DNA of 63,192 bases, filler included, from Octopus bimaculoides (taxonomy: Eukaryota), in the NCBI RefSeq assembly GCF_001194135.2. It is 7 parts of 6 records of this genome, joined end to end, with 100 filler letters (N's around TTAATTAATTAA, not from the genome) between each part and the next. Parts side by side here need not be neighbours in the genome. Positions count along the whole stretch, not along the records: positions 33,993 to 58,753 come from NC_068993.1; 6 more parts are not named here. One strand, 5' to 3'. A program made the position numbers and the translations under genes. Under the pieces are notes generated by a model that saw only the letters and a list, made by a program, of their open reading frames with translations, did not search any database and was not told the origin of the DNA. The first letter of the stretch is position 1. Each line of letters opens with the position of its first letter. Below, piece after piece: positions 35,330 to 47,519 of the stretch.

Positions 35330-37921
35330 ATATGCCAGAAGGGAAGCTAGGCAACAGGTTTATTTAGCTAGAGGGGAAGCAGATAAGAAAAAGTTTGCCA
35401 ATGTTCTGCGCCGTGACAACCGAAGACTTGAGGTATTTCGTGTTGCAAGACAGTGTGTGAGAGAGAATCGTGATGTTGTGGGGGAGAAATGTGTTCGCAT
35501 GGATGATGGTATGCTTGCACTAAACAAGGCTGCAAAGAAAGAGGTTTGGAGATGCCACTATGAGAGATTGCTCAATAAAGAGAATGAATGGGAGAAAGAG
35601 AGACTGCCGAATGTCGACCCAACAGAGGGACCAGCTATCCGAGTTGACAGTACCATGGTAGATAAAGCAATTAAGAGTATGAAGACAGGGAAGGCTCCCG
35701 GTCCATCTGGAATCACTGCAGAGATGCTCAAAATATCTGGCAGTGTCGGCTATAGCCTAGTCACCCGTTTTGTTAACCAGGTGATACACGAAGGAGTCAT
35801 ANNNNNNNNNNNNNNNNNNNNNNNNNNNNNNNNNNNNNNNNNNNNNNNNNNNNNNNNNNNNNNNNNNNNNNNNNNNNNNNNNNNNNNNNNNNNNNNNNNN
35901 NNNNNNNNNNNNNNNNNNNNNNNNNNNNNNNNNNNNNNNNNNNNNNNNNNNNNNNNNNNNNNNNNNNNNNNNNNNNNNNNNNNNNNNNNNNNNNNNNNNN
36001 NNNNNNNNNNNNNNNNNNNNNNNNNNNNNNNNNNNNNNNNNNNNNNNNNNNNNNNNNNNNNNNNNNNNNNNNNNNNNNNNNNNNNNNNNNNNNNNNNNNN
36101 NNNNNNNNNNNNNNNNNNNNNNNNNNNNNNNNNNNNNNNNNNNNNNNNNNNNNNNNNNNNNNNNNNNNNNNNNNNNNNNNNNNNNNNNNNNNNNNNNNNN
36201 NNNNNNNNNNNNNNNNNNNNNNNNNNNNNNNNNNNNNNNNNNNNNNNNNNNNNNNNNNNNNNNNNNNNNNNNNNNNNNNNNNNNNNNNNNNNNNNAAGGT
36301 GAAGGTTGGCAATGAGTACAGTGAAGAATTCCGGGTGGAGGTAGGGGTCCACCAAGGTTCTGTCCTCGGTCCCCTCCTATTTATCATAGTCCTCCAGGCT
36401 ATAACAGAGGAATTCAAAACAAGATGCCCCTGGAAGCTCCTCTATGCTGATGACCTTGTACTAATTGCTGAGTCACTATCAGAACTAGATGAGAAGTTTC
36501 AGGTGTGGAAGCAAGGACTAGAATCGAAGGGCCTTAGAGTCAACCTAGCTAAAACCAAAGTCCTAATAAGTAGGAAGGTAGACAAAACACAAACCCCTTC
36601 AGGTAGATGGCCCTGCTTGATCTGAAGAAAAGGCGTGGGTAGGAACTCTATAAGATGTACCCAGTGCAAGCTATGGACACATAAGAGGTGCAGCAATATC
36701 AAGGGAAGGTTAACTAGGAAGTTAGTTTTTGTTTGTAGCAGATGTCCAGGAGCTATAAACACCGTAAATGTGCAGAAAACAACTTCTGTCTCATTCCAGG
36801 GAGTAAATCTAGAAGTGGTTGATAGCTTCCACTATCTTGGTGACCAAGTTAGTAGTGGGGGAGGGTGCGCTGAAAGTGTAGCTGCTAGAATAAGAATAGC
36901 CTGGGCAAAGTTCAGAGAGCTCTTACCTCTGCTGGCGACAAAGGGCCTCTCACTCAGAGTAAAAGGCAGACTGTATGACGCATGTGTACGAACTGCCATG
37001 CTACATGGCAGTGAAACATGGGCTGTAACTGCTGAGGACATGCGTAGGCTCACAAGGAATGAAGCCAGTATGCTCCAATGGATGTGTAATGTCAGTGTGC
37101 ATACTAGACAGAGTGTAAGTACCGTGAGAGAAAAGTTGAACCTCAGAAGCATCAGCTGTGGTGTGCAAGAAAGACGTTTGCGCTGGTATGGGCATGTGAC
37201 AAGAATGGATGAGGATAGGTGTGTGAAAAAGTGCCACACCATAGCAGTTGAGGGATCCTGTGGAAGACGTAGGCCCAGGAAGACCTGGGATGAAGTGGTG
37301 AGGCAAGACCTTCGAACATTGGACCTCACCGAGGCGATGACTGCTGACCGAGATCTTTGGAAATATGCTGTACGTGAGAAGACCCGGCAAGCCAAGTGAG
37401 ACCTAAATCCAAGGCCTCTGCTAAGATGTGTACCTTCCTACGTTGGACACTAAACTCCGCTTGCAAAGACCTGTTGAGGCAAGTGAAATCGAACTAATTT
37501 CAACGGATGGCACCCATGCCAACGTCGTCTCCTTCATTGGAAACAGAAACTCGGCTTGTGAAGACCTGTTGAGGCAAGCAAAAGCGAAATCGTGATGGCA
37601 CCGGTGCCTTGGCACTTGTGCCGGTGGCACCTGTAAGGACATTCGAGCGAGATCGTTGCCAGTGCCGCTGGACTGGCTCCTGTGCAGGTGGCACGGAAAA
37701 GATACCATTTTGAGCATAGCCGTTGCCAGTACCGCCTGAGTGGCCTTCGTGCTGGTGGCACGTAAAAGCACCCACTACACTCTCGGAGTGGTTGGTGTTA
37801 GGAAGGGCATCCAGCTGTAGAAACTCTGCCAAACCAGATTGGAGCCTGGTGTAACCGTCTGATTCACCAGTCCTCAGTCAAATCGTCCAACCCATGCTAG
37901 CATGGAAAGCGGACGTTAAAC

Positions 37922-37954
<33 letters not shown>
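35330..37954 (+). mobile_element. RTE-clade LINE, 5'-truncated (RT, PHD-like finger, C-terminus, 3' UTR, (GAT)n tail)
   Basis: MKTGKAPGPSGITAEML; VGVHQGSVLGPLLF; LLYADDLVL; FHYLG; MLHGSETW; ERRLRWYGHV; RPRKTW. One in-frame TGA at 36623; stop at 37399; tail GGACGTTAAAC(GAT)n. An N gap covers part of the RT. Confidence 0.95.
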
Positions 37955-37994
37955 ATATATAATATGAAAGTTAGAATAGGCTGGTTTATGAGAA

Positions 37995-39460
37995 TGCCTT
38001 TAGTTTCATGTCCATAATGTACTTAAGCTTTATGACATATCAGATCCCAAAGCCTGTTGGCTTAAGGCCTTTCTAGTGAGTAGCCTCTCTAGAATATGGA
38101 GGAGGAAATGACCTTGCTACTCAATATCAAAAACAAGGGATTGTCTCCTCTGGCTATCAATCGCCCATGACACTGCTATCCTGTGGGTTCCAATAGGCAA
38201 GCAGGAATTCCCTGAAATGTAAACACAGTTTGAAGATCGCCATTCTGTATTTAAGGATGTTCCCTAGGTCGAGGGAGTCCTTTAGAATCCTCACCCATTC
38301 TGCTATGCATAGTTTACAGTGCTTGGTCCATTTATGTAGGGGCCTAGATTTTCTAGGATTCTGCATGATGTTGTGTATAGAATCCTGTCATCTTTCAGCT
38401 GCCATGTATGGCTGGCTAATGATGTAATGTTCTCCTTTCCAGTATCCCGAAAGGAGGATCTGTGGTTGGAGAGGTGTTGTTTGAATGTGTTCCCGGGGCA
38501 GGTGATGTATCTCCGTGACTGGGTGTTGGCATTGCTGCTACAGCTGTTGTTGTTACTGGCGCTGTTGATGTTGGCCTTGATGCTGTTAGAGGTGGTGGAG
38601 GTGTTGGTGCCATTACCATTGGTGTTGGTAATGCTGCTGCTGTTGTTATTGTCATTGTCGTTGATAGAGGCACTGTCACTGCTGTTATAGATATCATTGA
38701 CGCTAGCTCTGCTGCTATTTCTGTTAGGGTATACTGCCATTGTTGTTATCACTGGCTGGCGATGGTGCTGCTGCTGGCTCTGTTCACATTTCTACTACTG
38801 CTATTAATGGTACTGCCGTCCCCGCTACTGTAGTAATCATTGGGGGAGCTACTGATGGTGCTGCTGTTATTAGAGTCGGCCAGTACCTCAGTTTCATAGA
38901 CAACTCCCTTGGTTTCGCAGTGGCCTCTCACTGAGCATCTATTGGTCCCTGTGTAGTCCCTGTATGAACAGCCTCTACTCATAGTTGAGAATGCTCTTAA
39001 TATAGGGGGTAAAGCTAAAAGAGACTCTATGTTTGCACCTGTTGAAAATACCTCCATACCTATGTGAACACGTGAAATGTTTATCTATTAACTTAAAGAA
39101 TATATTACCTACAGACGTTTTTACATTAAGAGAGAAGGCAGGGTGCAAACCATATGATATCCCTGCAGCTCTTCCTTCTACAGTTCTTGGAGCCTGGCAT
39201 GTAGGAGATGTAGTCTCTAAATCTGCTAGCAGCTAGAATTTTGTTATAGTAGGGGGCTACTGCATCAAAGATTTCTTGGCTGGCGGGAAGGTTTGTGATC
39301 CTCTTGCTAATACCCTTCACCAGGTTTTTGAACACAGTGGGTAGGTGATAGGAGTCTGTGTTGATGTACATTAACCTCTCATTTGGCTTGTGGTAGGGCC
39401 TGTATGTACTAGAGCCCATGAGGTCTGATTGCTTCATCCAGGTCAAACCTTTATTGAACA
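37995..39460 (-). mobile_element. Penelope-like element remnant (RT C-terminus plus GIY-YIG)
   Basis: YRPYHKPNERLMYINTDSYHLP..RITNLPASQEIFDAVAPYY..RDIIWFAP; CSYRD..CSVRGHCETKGVVYETEV; YITCPGNTFKQHLSNHRSSFR..TSLASHTWQLK..RILENLGPYINGPS; degenerate hammerhead at 38003..38043. Confidence 0.9.
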
Positions 39461-39674
39461 GCACTGATTTTCTGGCATGCATAATGATGTGTATATTCCT
39501 GTGGCTGATATGTGTCTGTGTATATATATATATATATGTATATNNNNNNNNNNNNNNNNNNNNNNNNNNNNNNNNNNNNNNNNNNNNNNNNNNNNNNNNN
39601 NNNNNNNNNNNNNNNNNGGAAAAATTGAAAAAGGAGACACACACTCAGGATGTTATTAAAGCATTTATATCTTC

Positions 39675-39768
39675 ATATCTTCTAGATATATTTCGATGGA
39701 TGCGTTCAAAACACGTCAAACAAGAAGAATTATGGTGAGCTATGCATCAATCTCATCAGGAAAGATAT
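39675..39768 (-). ncRNA. Type I hammerhead ribozyme motif with long loop II
   Basis: ATATCTTTC-CTGATGA-GATTGATGC-(about 42 nt)-GCATCCATC-GAAA-TATATCTA-GAAGATAT; intact core, stem II 8/9 pairs, stem I one base short. Confidence 0.65.
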
Positions 39769-39825
39769 AAACAACAACACACATTAAATATACATTTTTA
39801 CAGTTATAGGAAGCCTCTCCTATAT

Positions 39826-40587
39826 ATCATCATCATTATCGTTTAACGTTCGCTTTCCATACTGGCATGGGTTGGTCTGGTTTGACTTAGGGCTGGCAAG
39901 TCAGAAGGCTCTAATGTGATTTGGCAGAGTTTCTACTGCTGGATGCCCTTCCTAATGCAAACCACTCCAAGAGTATAGTGGGTGCTTTTTATGTGTCACC
40001 GGCAAGAGGGCCAGTCAGGTGGTACTGGCATCGACCATGCTTGAATGTTACTTTTTACATGCCACCAGCACAGGAGTCAGTCAGACAGCACTGGCAATGA
40101 CCACGCTTGAATGATGCTTTTTACGTGCCACCGGCACAGGACCAGTCAGCCAGCACTGGCATCAACCACGCTCAAATGGTGCTTTTTATGTGCCACCGGC
40201 ACAGGAGCTAGTCAGGCAGCATTGGCAATGATCAGCTTGAATAGTGCTTTTTATGTGCCACCGGCACGGGACCAGAAGGCAGTACTGGCATCATCCATGC
40301 TCAAATGGTGCTTTTTACATGTCACCGGTATGGGTGCCATTCAGGTGGTACTGTCATTGGCCATGACAATGACTTCACTTGACTCAACAGGTCTTAACAA
40401 GTGCAGTTTATTGCCCAATGATTGAAGGGTACGCTTAGATGGGCCAGTTATGTCGCACTGGCATTGGCCTTGGTTATGGTCTCACTTGGCTTGCCAGGTC
40501 TTTTCAAGCATAGCATATCTCCAAAGGTCTCAGTCACTTGTCATTGACTCTGTGAGGCCTAATGTCCAAGGGTCGTGCTTCATCACC
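39826..40587 (-). mobile_element. RTE LINE 3' fragment (family of 35330..37954) with 6 x approx. 65-bp repeats in the 3' UTR
   Basis: VMKHDPWTLGLTESMTSD*DLWRYAMLEKTWQAK* matches the C-terminus of the long copy; shared tail and (GAT)n; units start at 39984, 40050, 40116, 40181, 40246 and 40310. Confidence 0.9.
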
Positions 40588-40609
40588 ATAAATATATATA
40601 TAGAAGTAG

Positions 40610-42660
40610 AAAGATATCCTTATTTCTGGTTCTGAATAATCTAAGGGATGATCTACTTGCCTGCACCATGTTGCCATTCTGGCAATGTGTACATGGAATG
40701 TTGCATCACTACTCATGTAGATTCTCAGGTCATGCACCAATTCTAACTCTGGGATTGCACTTCCCCCTGGTCCTATGTATTCCGATTGTAGTCTGTTTGT
40801 GGGCTTGAATCCTATCAATATTGAACTGCTTGTTCTTTTCACCAGCCCATTTGTGTATTGTATGCAGGTCATTTTGCAATTTTTCTGTCATTAGGGTCCT
40901 TGACAGCCTGAGACACTATTGTATCGTCAGCATAGCTGGTGAGAGTGGCTGACTGTACAATTGAGGGCGTATCTGAGAGAGCCACTACAATCAGTAGAGG
41001 TCCCTGTGCAGTTCTTTGAGGAACTCCATTACACATTGATGTCTCCCTAGCGAGAGCACCATTGGCTGCAACTATTTAATTTCTGTTCTTTAAAAAGTCA
41101 TTCAGCCACTCTCCCAGTTTTCCAATGATACCAAGGTCATGTAGTTTATGACATATCATCCCATAAACAACTTTGTCGAAGGCCTTGACAAAGTTGAGAT
41201 ATATCACATCCACATTTGAGTGATTGAACTGCTGTTTCAGTTTTCAGTACCCAAACATAATGTAGTAGCTGTTGAGACAGCTCCTCCCTGGTCGGAAACC
41301 ATGTGTGTTTGTGAGTAAGTTATTCTTTTAGGAACATGATCAGTCTCCTTCTGACAATGTGTTCTATGACCTTCCTAACATGTGAAGTCAGAGAGATACG
41401 CCTGTAATTTTTAGCATTCCTCCTTTATGGACAGGGCACATGATAACCTCTTTTAACAGTCTGGGAAGTTTTCCACATGCAAGGAAACTCTGAAGAAGTA
41501 TCTGCAGTGGTTTTGTAAGAGCTTTCTTGCATGTTTTTAGGAGAACAGATGGAAATCAATCTGGTCCCAATGCTGAGTTTGAGCTTATCTCATTAATGGC
41601 CAATATTATATCCTCCTCTTTTATGTCAATGTAATTAATGGTTCCCTTTTTCTCATGTAGGTCTGCAGTGTTGAAGGACCCTTTAAGCTTGCTTATTTGC
41701 CAGTTACCCAGTGGAGAGTTGAAGACACTCTAGAATTGCTTATTTAGCACTTCACTGATCCTCTTGGGGTCTGCATTTAGAGAACTGTCTTTTTCAAACA
41801 GTGACCCTATCTTGAAGTGCACTGAGGCAGACTCTTTTGCAAACTTGTAGAAGACTTCAGGATTTATTTTCATATTTTCTAACTATCCTGGTTTCTCTTT
41901 CAACCCTTTTCTTTTCATGGTAGAGTTTGAGTTTATTTTCAATCTTTGAAAGTCTCTCTTCTTGGAGGGATTTCTTGCTGTTAATAAGCTATTGTGCTTG
42001 GAGATCTTTAGTGTCTGTCTCATAAGGACTCTCCTGTCTCAAGAAATGATGTTTTTGTATGTGGTTGGTCTCTTCTCTAGGACAAATTTAATGCATATGG
42101 CTCGCATTATTGACATGAATTCTTTAAGTTTCATATCAATGGCTTGCACAGAGAGACTTTTAGCCCAATTTTGTAGGATAATCCATTTTTGAATTGACTT
42201 CCAGTCAGCCTTGTAGAAGTTTAGACTAGACAAAGTGTGGGTGCCATCTGTGTGGAATACATCATTAATTGATTTTGGACCATACAATGTTGGTTCTACC
42301 ATTTTCTGGTCTGAGAAGATTGCTGAGAAGATAATTCTTCATGTCATGGATAAGACTTAACTTGTTGGTGAAACAGAAGTCTAATATGTTATCATTCTTG
42401 GTTGGGGAGAGTATTGTTAGCTCCATGAACTGCATTTTTTGTAATGTCAAGAAGAGATTCTGTTTGGTTACACTCTTTGCATGTCATTCCTGAGATTATG
42501 TTACCTTCAGGCCATTTGATGTTGGGGAAGTTGAAGTCACCCATTAAATGCATGAAACTGAGTATTAACATTTTGGTTGATAACTGAAGAATTAGGGTCC
42601 TGTGTCTGTCCTACATGTATGTAGTTTAGTATTTAATGCATTTTTCCTTTACTGAGTAAC
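40610..42660 (-). mobile_element. CR1/L2-group LINE remnant (APE end plus RT)
   Basis: HLMGDFNFPNIKW; PTKNDNILDFCFTN; NYRRISLTSH; HGFRPGRSCL; VDVIYLNFVKAFDKV; GVPQRTAQGPLL; SYADDT; many stops and frameshifts. Confidence 0.9.
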
Positions 42661-42840
42661 TGAACGCCATGCATCCTAACTTGTTAACAGTAAGTTTTTA
42701 TATTTTTAGCAACTCTATCATCTTTCTTTCTCTCTCGTCCTCATACTTCTTTTTCTAGCATCCCAAGTTCCTCTCTTCCTCTTTCTCATCCTCTCACCTG
42801 TAATTGTAGACTTTCTCCCTTCTTCCCTGTTCTCTTTGCT

Positions 42841-42876
<36 letters not shown>

Positions 42877-42894
42877 CCACTCTTTTATCCTCCT

Positions 42895-44250
42895 TCCTGT
42901 GTGAAGAATTGAGGAAGAGGAGGGTGGATGTGTAATGTGTACAGGAGGCTAGGTGAAGGAGCCAGAGTGCAAGATTTGTGGGGGTCAAGGGAAGAAGGTT
43001 CAAGTTGTGGTGGTCAGGAAATGGCAAGGGGACTGGAAGCATGGGAGTTTTGGTGAAGAAAGAAATTTGTGAGAAGGTAGTGGAGGTCAGGAGAAACACT
43101 GATAGAGTGATGACAGTAGTATTAGCATTTTAGAAAGAAGTGGGGAGGGTGATTTGTGAGTATGGTCTACAAAGTAGAAGAGGGATCACTGAGAAAGAGC
43201 GGTTCTTTGATTAAATGGCAAATGAGTGGGACTTACATAAAATAGTTGAAATTGGCTTTGGGCATGGGTGATTTTAATGGACATGTTGGGAAATGGATCC
43301 AGGGCTTTGAGGGTGTGCATGGAGGAAACAGAATCGGGGAGAGAAATATGGAAGGAAGGATGCTGTTGGAGTTTTGTGATGAGGAGTTGTGTGTGGTGAA
43401 CACATGGTTTAGGAAAACAAAGAAAAGGAAGATAAATTTCAGTGTAGGAGGGAAAGACACAGTGATTGATTTCATGTTGGTTGGCATGGAAAACAGAAAG
43501 TATTTGAGAGATGTGTAGACAATACCAAGGGAGTTGCAGCACAGGTTGGTGGTTGCTGACTTGGATAAGAAGAAAGTTTAAAAAGTGTGTGAGAAAGGGA
43601 ATGGTTGAGAGGAAAAAGGGAATGGTTGAGAGGAGAAAGGTGTGGAAACTGAAGGAAGAAGAAACAAGAGCAAAGTTTGAGGAGAGAGTTGGGGAGTTGG
43701 TAAGCATTGATGCACTGGATTTGTGGAAGTCTTTTAAGGAAGGGGTACTAAAGGCAAGTGACGAAGTGTGTGGAAAGACAGTGTGTAGGAGAAATCGAGG
43801 AAATACGTGGTGGTGGAACGAGGAGGTGAGGGATGTGATAGCAAGGTGCACAAAGCTTTATGTAATAATAGGACTGAGGAAATGAAAGCCAAATATAATA
43901 ACATGAAGAATCGTGCAAAGAGGGTGGTTGTGAGATCTATGAGGAAGGAGGCTGAGGAGAAGTTGAGCAGGCTGGATGGGAACCCAGATAAAGTGTTTAG
44001 GTTTATGAAATCAATGAAAAAAGATGGAAGAGATGTTGAAGGAGAAAGATGTATGAGTGGGAGTGATGGAAAGTTGAATTTTAGTGAGAGGACAGGGGAA
44101 GAGTTTGGAAAGAGCATATGGAGGGAATTATGAATGAGATCAGAGGGTGGAAGCTGTTGTGGTGAAGGGGCCTGAGGGTTAGTCGGGAAGAAGTAGTAGG
44201 AGCAATGAAGGCAATAAAAACAGGAAAGGCAGCTGATCTATCAGAAGTAA
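42895..44250 (+). mobile_element. RTE-clade LINE fragment (AP endonuclease and linker, 3'-truncated)
   Basis: GRRFKLWWSGNG..GMGDFNGHVG..GERNMEGRMLLEFC..VIDFMLV..LQHRLVVADL..WWWNEEV..KAIKTGKAA. Confidence 0.92.
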
Positions 44251-45346
44251 TGGTTATTATCAATAAGAGATCAAAACCAGAAATCATTGCAAGACATGCA
44301 ACAGACAATGACTACACTAATTAAACTCAAAACATTATATTGAGATAAGAACATCACAATGAACAAACAAAATCAAATTCCTCCATATATTTGTACTGTC
44401 CATCCTCATGTAAAACATTAACTCACATTGCAAAAATACAGAGAAAGATAGTCATTAGAAATGAGATGTTACTGCAACATCTTAAGAATCTTGGTCTTGG
44501 ACTACATAATGACTGAGTGAGTTTGTGAAACCATCCAGCATCACATTGACTCTTCTGAAGATCTTACAACATTGAAGAAAAGAAAACAGGGAGTGCATGG
44601 CCATGACACAAAGATCAAGAGGCCTTGTAAAAGGCAAACCATTCACTAAGACTTGAGTTCAAGCTTATAGCCATGGCAGATGTTGAAAACTGGCATACAA
44701 TATGTCATAGCAGTGTTTCTATGATTCCACCTGAGGGTGAGGGCCCAAGCCAAGCTGTACCGATGTAATGCCTTCCAACCAAGATTACATTATCCTATGT
44801 GTCCTTTTTTTTATGACAACTGAATGTGATTTGAGAGAAATTTGGTTACTATTTCTTACAGGGTAAGTTATCCTGGAGATGACTTCTTTGTTTTTATTAG
44901 AGAAAGTTTGTGCTAGATAAGTCTTATTCAGTACTAGTCATGTATTATGATAACAACAGAATTTAGTTTATTTACACTTACTCTAAATGATGTTTGAAAT
45001 TTAAAATACAATTTTCTATTTTGTTATACATACACATAATTTTCTGCTTTATGACACACATACACACACATGAAGATATACATACTCACTACACATAAAC
45101 CTCCACCCAACCACCCACACACATACAAAGACATACATACACAAATACATATATGCACATACAAATTTATTTTTCACAAACATTTTCCCTTTACATTTTT
45201 TTGCATAATTTTGCACTTATACATGGACACATCACATACAAGCCTTCTTTCTAAGTCTCATACAATTCACTTAAACAACAGACATTCATGTTAGTTGTAC
45301 AGAAGGACAACTAACAATAAAGTGTTAAGTTAGTCTGTAAAACAAT

Positions 45347-47517
45347 ATGATATATGTTGGAGTCAGCAGTTAGCGATTGTATCGGGTGTTGCTGTTGCAG
45401 ATGTGTGAAATGGAAGAACAGTGATCAAAGTTGTAAAGAAATATTTATTTACTCTTACTTAATATAATGCCATACCACAACAGGTAGGTTAGCGTAATAA
45501 TATAAATGAAAAAGGCATGTGAGGTTAAGAGAATTCATTTTGGCCTGCATGTGTGTACACGTTCTTATTGTAATAGTAAACCATAGATAGTGATAGAATA
45601 ATGATGTAAGAGAAAAGAAATTGAGCTAGTGAAAGTTATAGAGTCAAGAGAAGTTGTGTCTCATAGTTGGCTGATCGTAACCTTCTTTCTCCCTCTCACC
45701 ATTTGTCTTTAGTGGCTGCCTGCTTGTGGCCATGACTCTAGTTGTCTTAGTTCACTAACTGATTTTTGCCTGGGAATTTTCTGTATGTATAACTATCGCA
45801 AGATAGCAAGAAAGAGAGACTTATTGTTGAGAACAATAGATTTCATTGGTGGTACCTGTTATCTCAATTCTAACTTTTGGTGGCCTAGAAGAGGTTAGGA
45901 GGGTCAAGTGGCAAAGACATTATTCTGTTTAGTGAAGGCATCTGGTAAATGTAACTGTTGCCACTCACAGAAAAACTATTGTTTTACTGTGAGAAAAGTG
46001 CTGTTGAACTGTTAAGGGAAATTTGGCAATCGAGGATCGAATCCACACCATGCCAGCATGAAGCCACTACAGACATAATGGCTGTGGTGTAAAAAGCTAA
46101 ATAAGTCAGCCAAACAACATTATACGGCTGTGATATTAAATTGCTTAATAACTGACGAGATATTATTTAGTCAAATGAGAACGGTGGCGAGCTGGCAGAA
46201 TCATTAGTACACTGGGTGAAATGCTTAGCGGTATTTCTTCTGCCTTTATGTTCGGAGTTCAAATTCCGCCGAAGTTGACTTTGCCTTTCATTCTTTCAAG
46301 GGTCAATAAATTAAGTACCAGTTGCGTACTGGGGTCAATCTAATCGACTGGACCCTACCCCCAAATTTCAGGCCTTGTGCCTATAGTAGAAAGGGTTTAG
46401 TCACATGAGAGACACAGTGGCTGTAGTTTTAAAGTATTAATTAGTGTTAAGGTATTAATTAGTTACGTAAGGAATTATATACATACACACATGTATGTGT
46501 GTACGTATGTATGTGAGTGTGTATGCATGTATATATGAGTGTAGGTGTGTGTGTACACATATAGCTGTATGCCTGTATCAGGATATTTTTGTCCGTATAT
46601 GTATCTAAGTGCATATGTATATTTGTGTATGTGAACATGTGTGTAAATGTATTCATTTTGTCTTTGAGGTTTATTTAAATTTTTACCTTTGCAGAATTCA
46701 TGTCAATCACTAACAAAATGACGAGACATTTTTCTTTAAGTCAAGACAGCTCATGGTGTTTTTCAGCATTTGAATTGGTTGGTATATGTGTGTAATGGCT
46801 TCATGCCGGCATGGTGTGGATTCGATCCTCGATTGCCAAATTTCACTTAACAGTTCAACAGCATGTTTCTCACGGTAAAACAATAGTTTTTCTGTGAGTG
46901 ACAGCAGTTACATTTACCAGATGCCTTCACTAAACTGAAATTATGTCTTTGCCACTTGACCCTTCTAACCTCTACTAGGCTATAACAGACCCCCACCGAA
47001 ATCTATTGTTCTCAACAATATGTCTATCCTTCTAGCTGGTTTTGTATAGTTATAAATACTAGAATTTGGTAAGGCAAAATCAGTTAGTGAGAGTACCCAT
47101 CAGTTAGTGAACAGAGATCAACTAAAGTCATGGCCACAAGCAGACAGCCACAAAAGACAAATGGCCAGAGAGAGAGAAAGAAGGTTACAATCAGCCAACT
47201 ATGAGACACAAAGTCCCTCAACTCTATAACTTTCACTAGCTCAGTTTCTTTTCTCTTACAACATCCTTCTATCTCTGTCTGTGGATTACTACTATGAGAA
47301 TGTGTACACACATACCGGCCAAAATTAACTCTTTTTACTGCACATGCTTTTCCATTTACTAATTATACATACCAACCCATCGTGGTTTTGGATATATACA
47401 AAGTAATGGTAAATAAATATTTCTTTACAACTTCGGTCACTGTTCTTCTTTCATCTTGCACATCTACAGCAGCAACACCTGTTACAATCACTAACTGCCA
47501 ACTCCAACATATATCAT
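45347..47517. mobile_element. Foldback-like element with approx. 730-bp inverted arms
   Basis: Arms 45347..46076 and 46786..47517 are reverse complements (about 70-95% by eye); 17-bp perfect termini ATGATATATGTTGGAGT/ACTCCAACATATATCAT; AAT directly repeated on both flanks (TA is an alternative reading). Confidence 0.75.
46183..46395 (+). mobile_element. SINE (abundant family), well-preserved copy in the foldback spacer
   Basis: GGCGAGCTGGCAGAATC..GAGTTCAAATTCCGCCGA..TAAATTAAGTACCAGTTGCGTACTGGGGTC..GGCCTTGTGCCTATAGTAGAAAG. Confidence 0.88.
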
Positions 47518-47519
47518 AA

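Noticed and set aside
36832-37395. Long antisense ORFs (also 43186..43851 and 55609..55887)
   Set aside because: Shadow frames of LINE coding sequence on the opposite strand.
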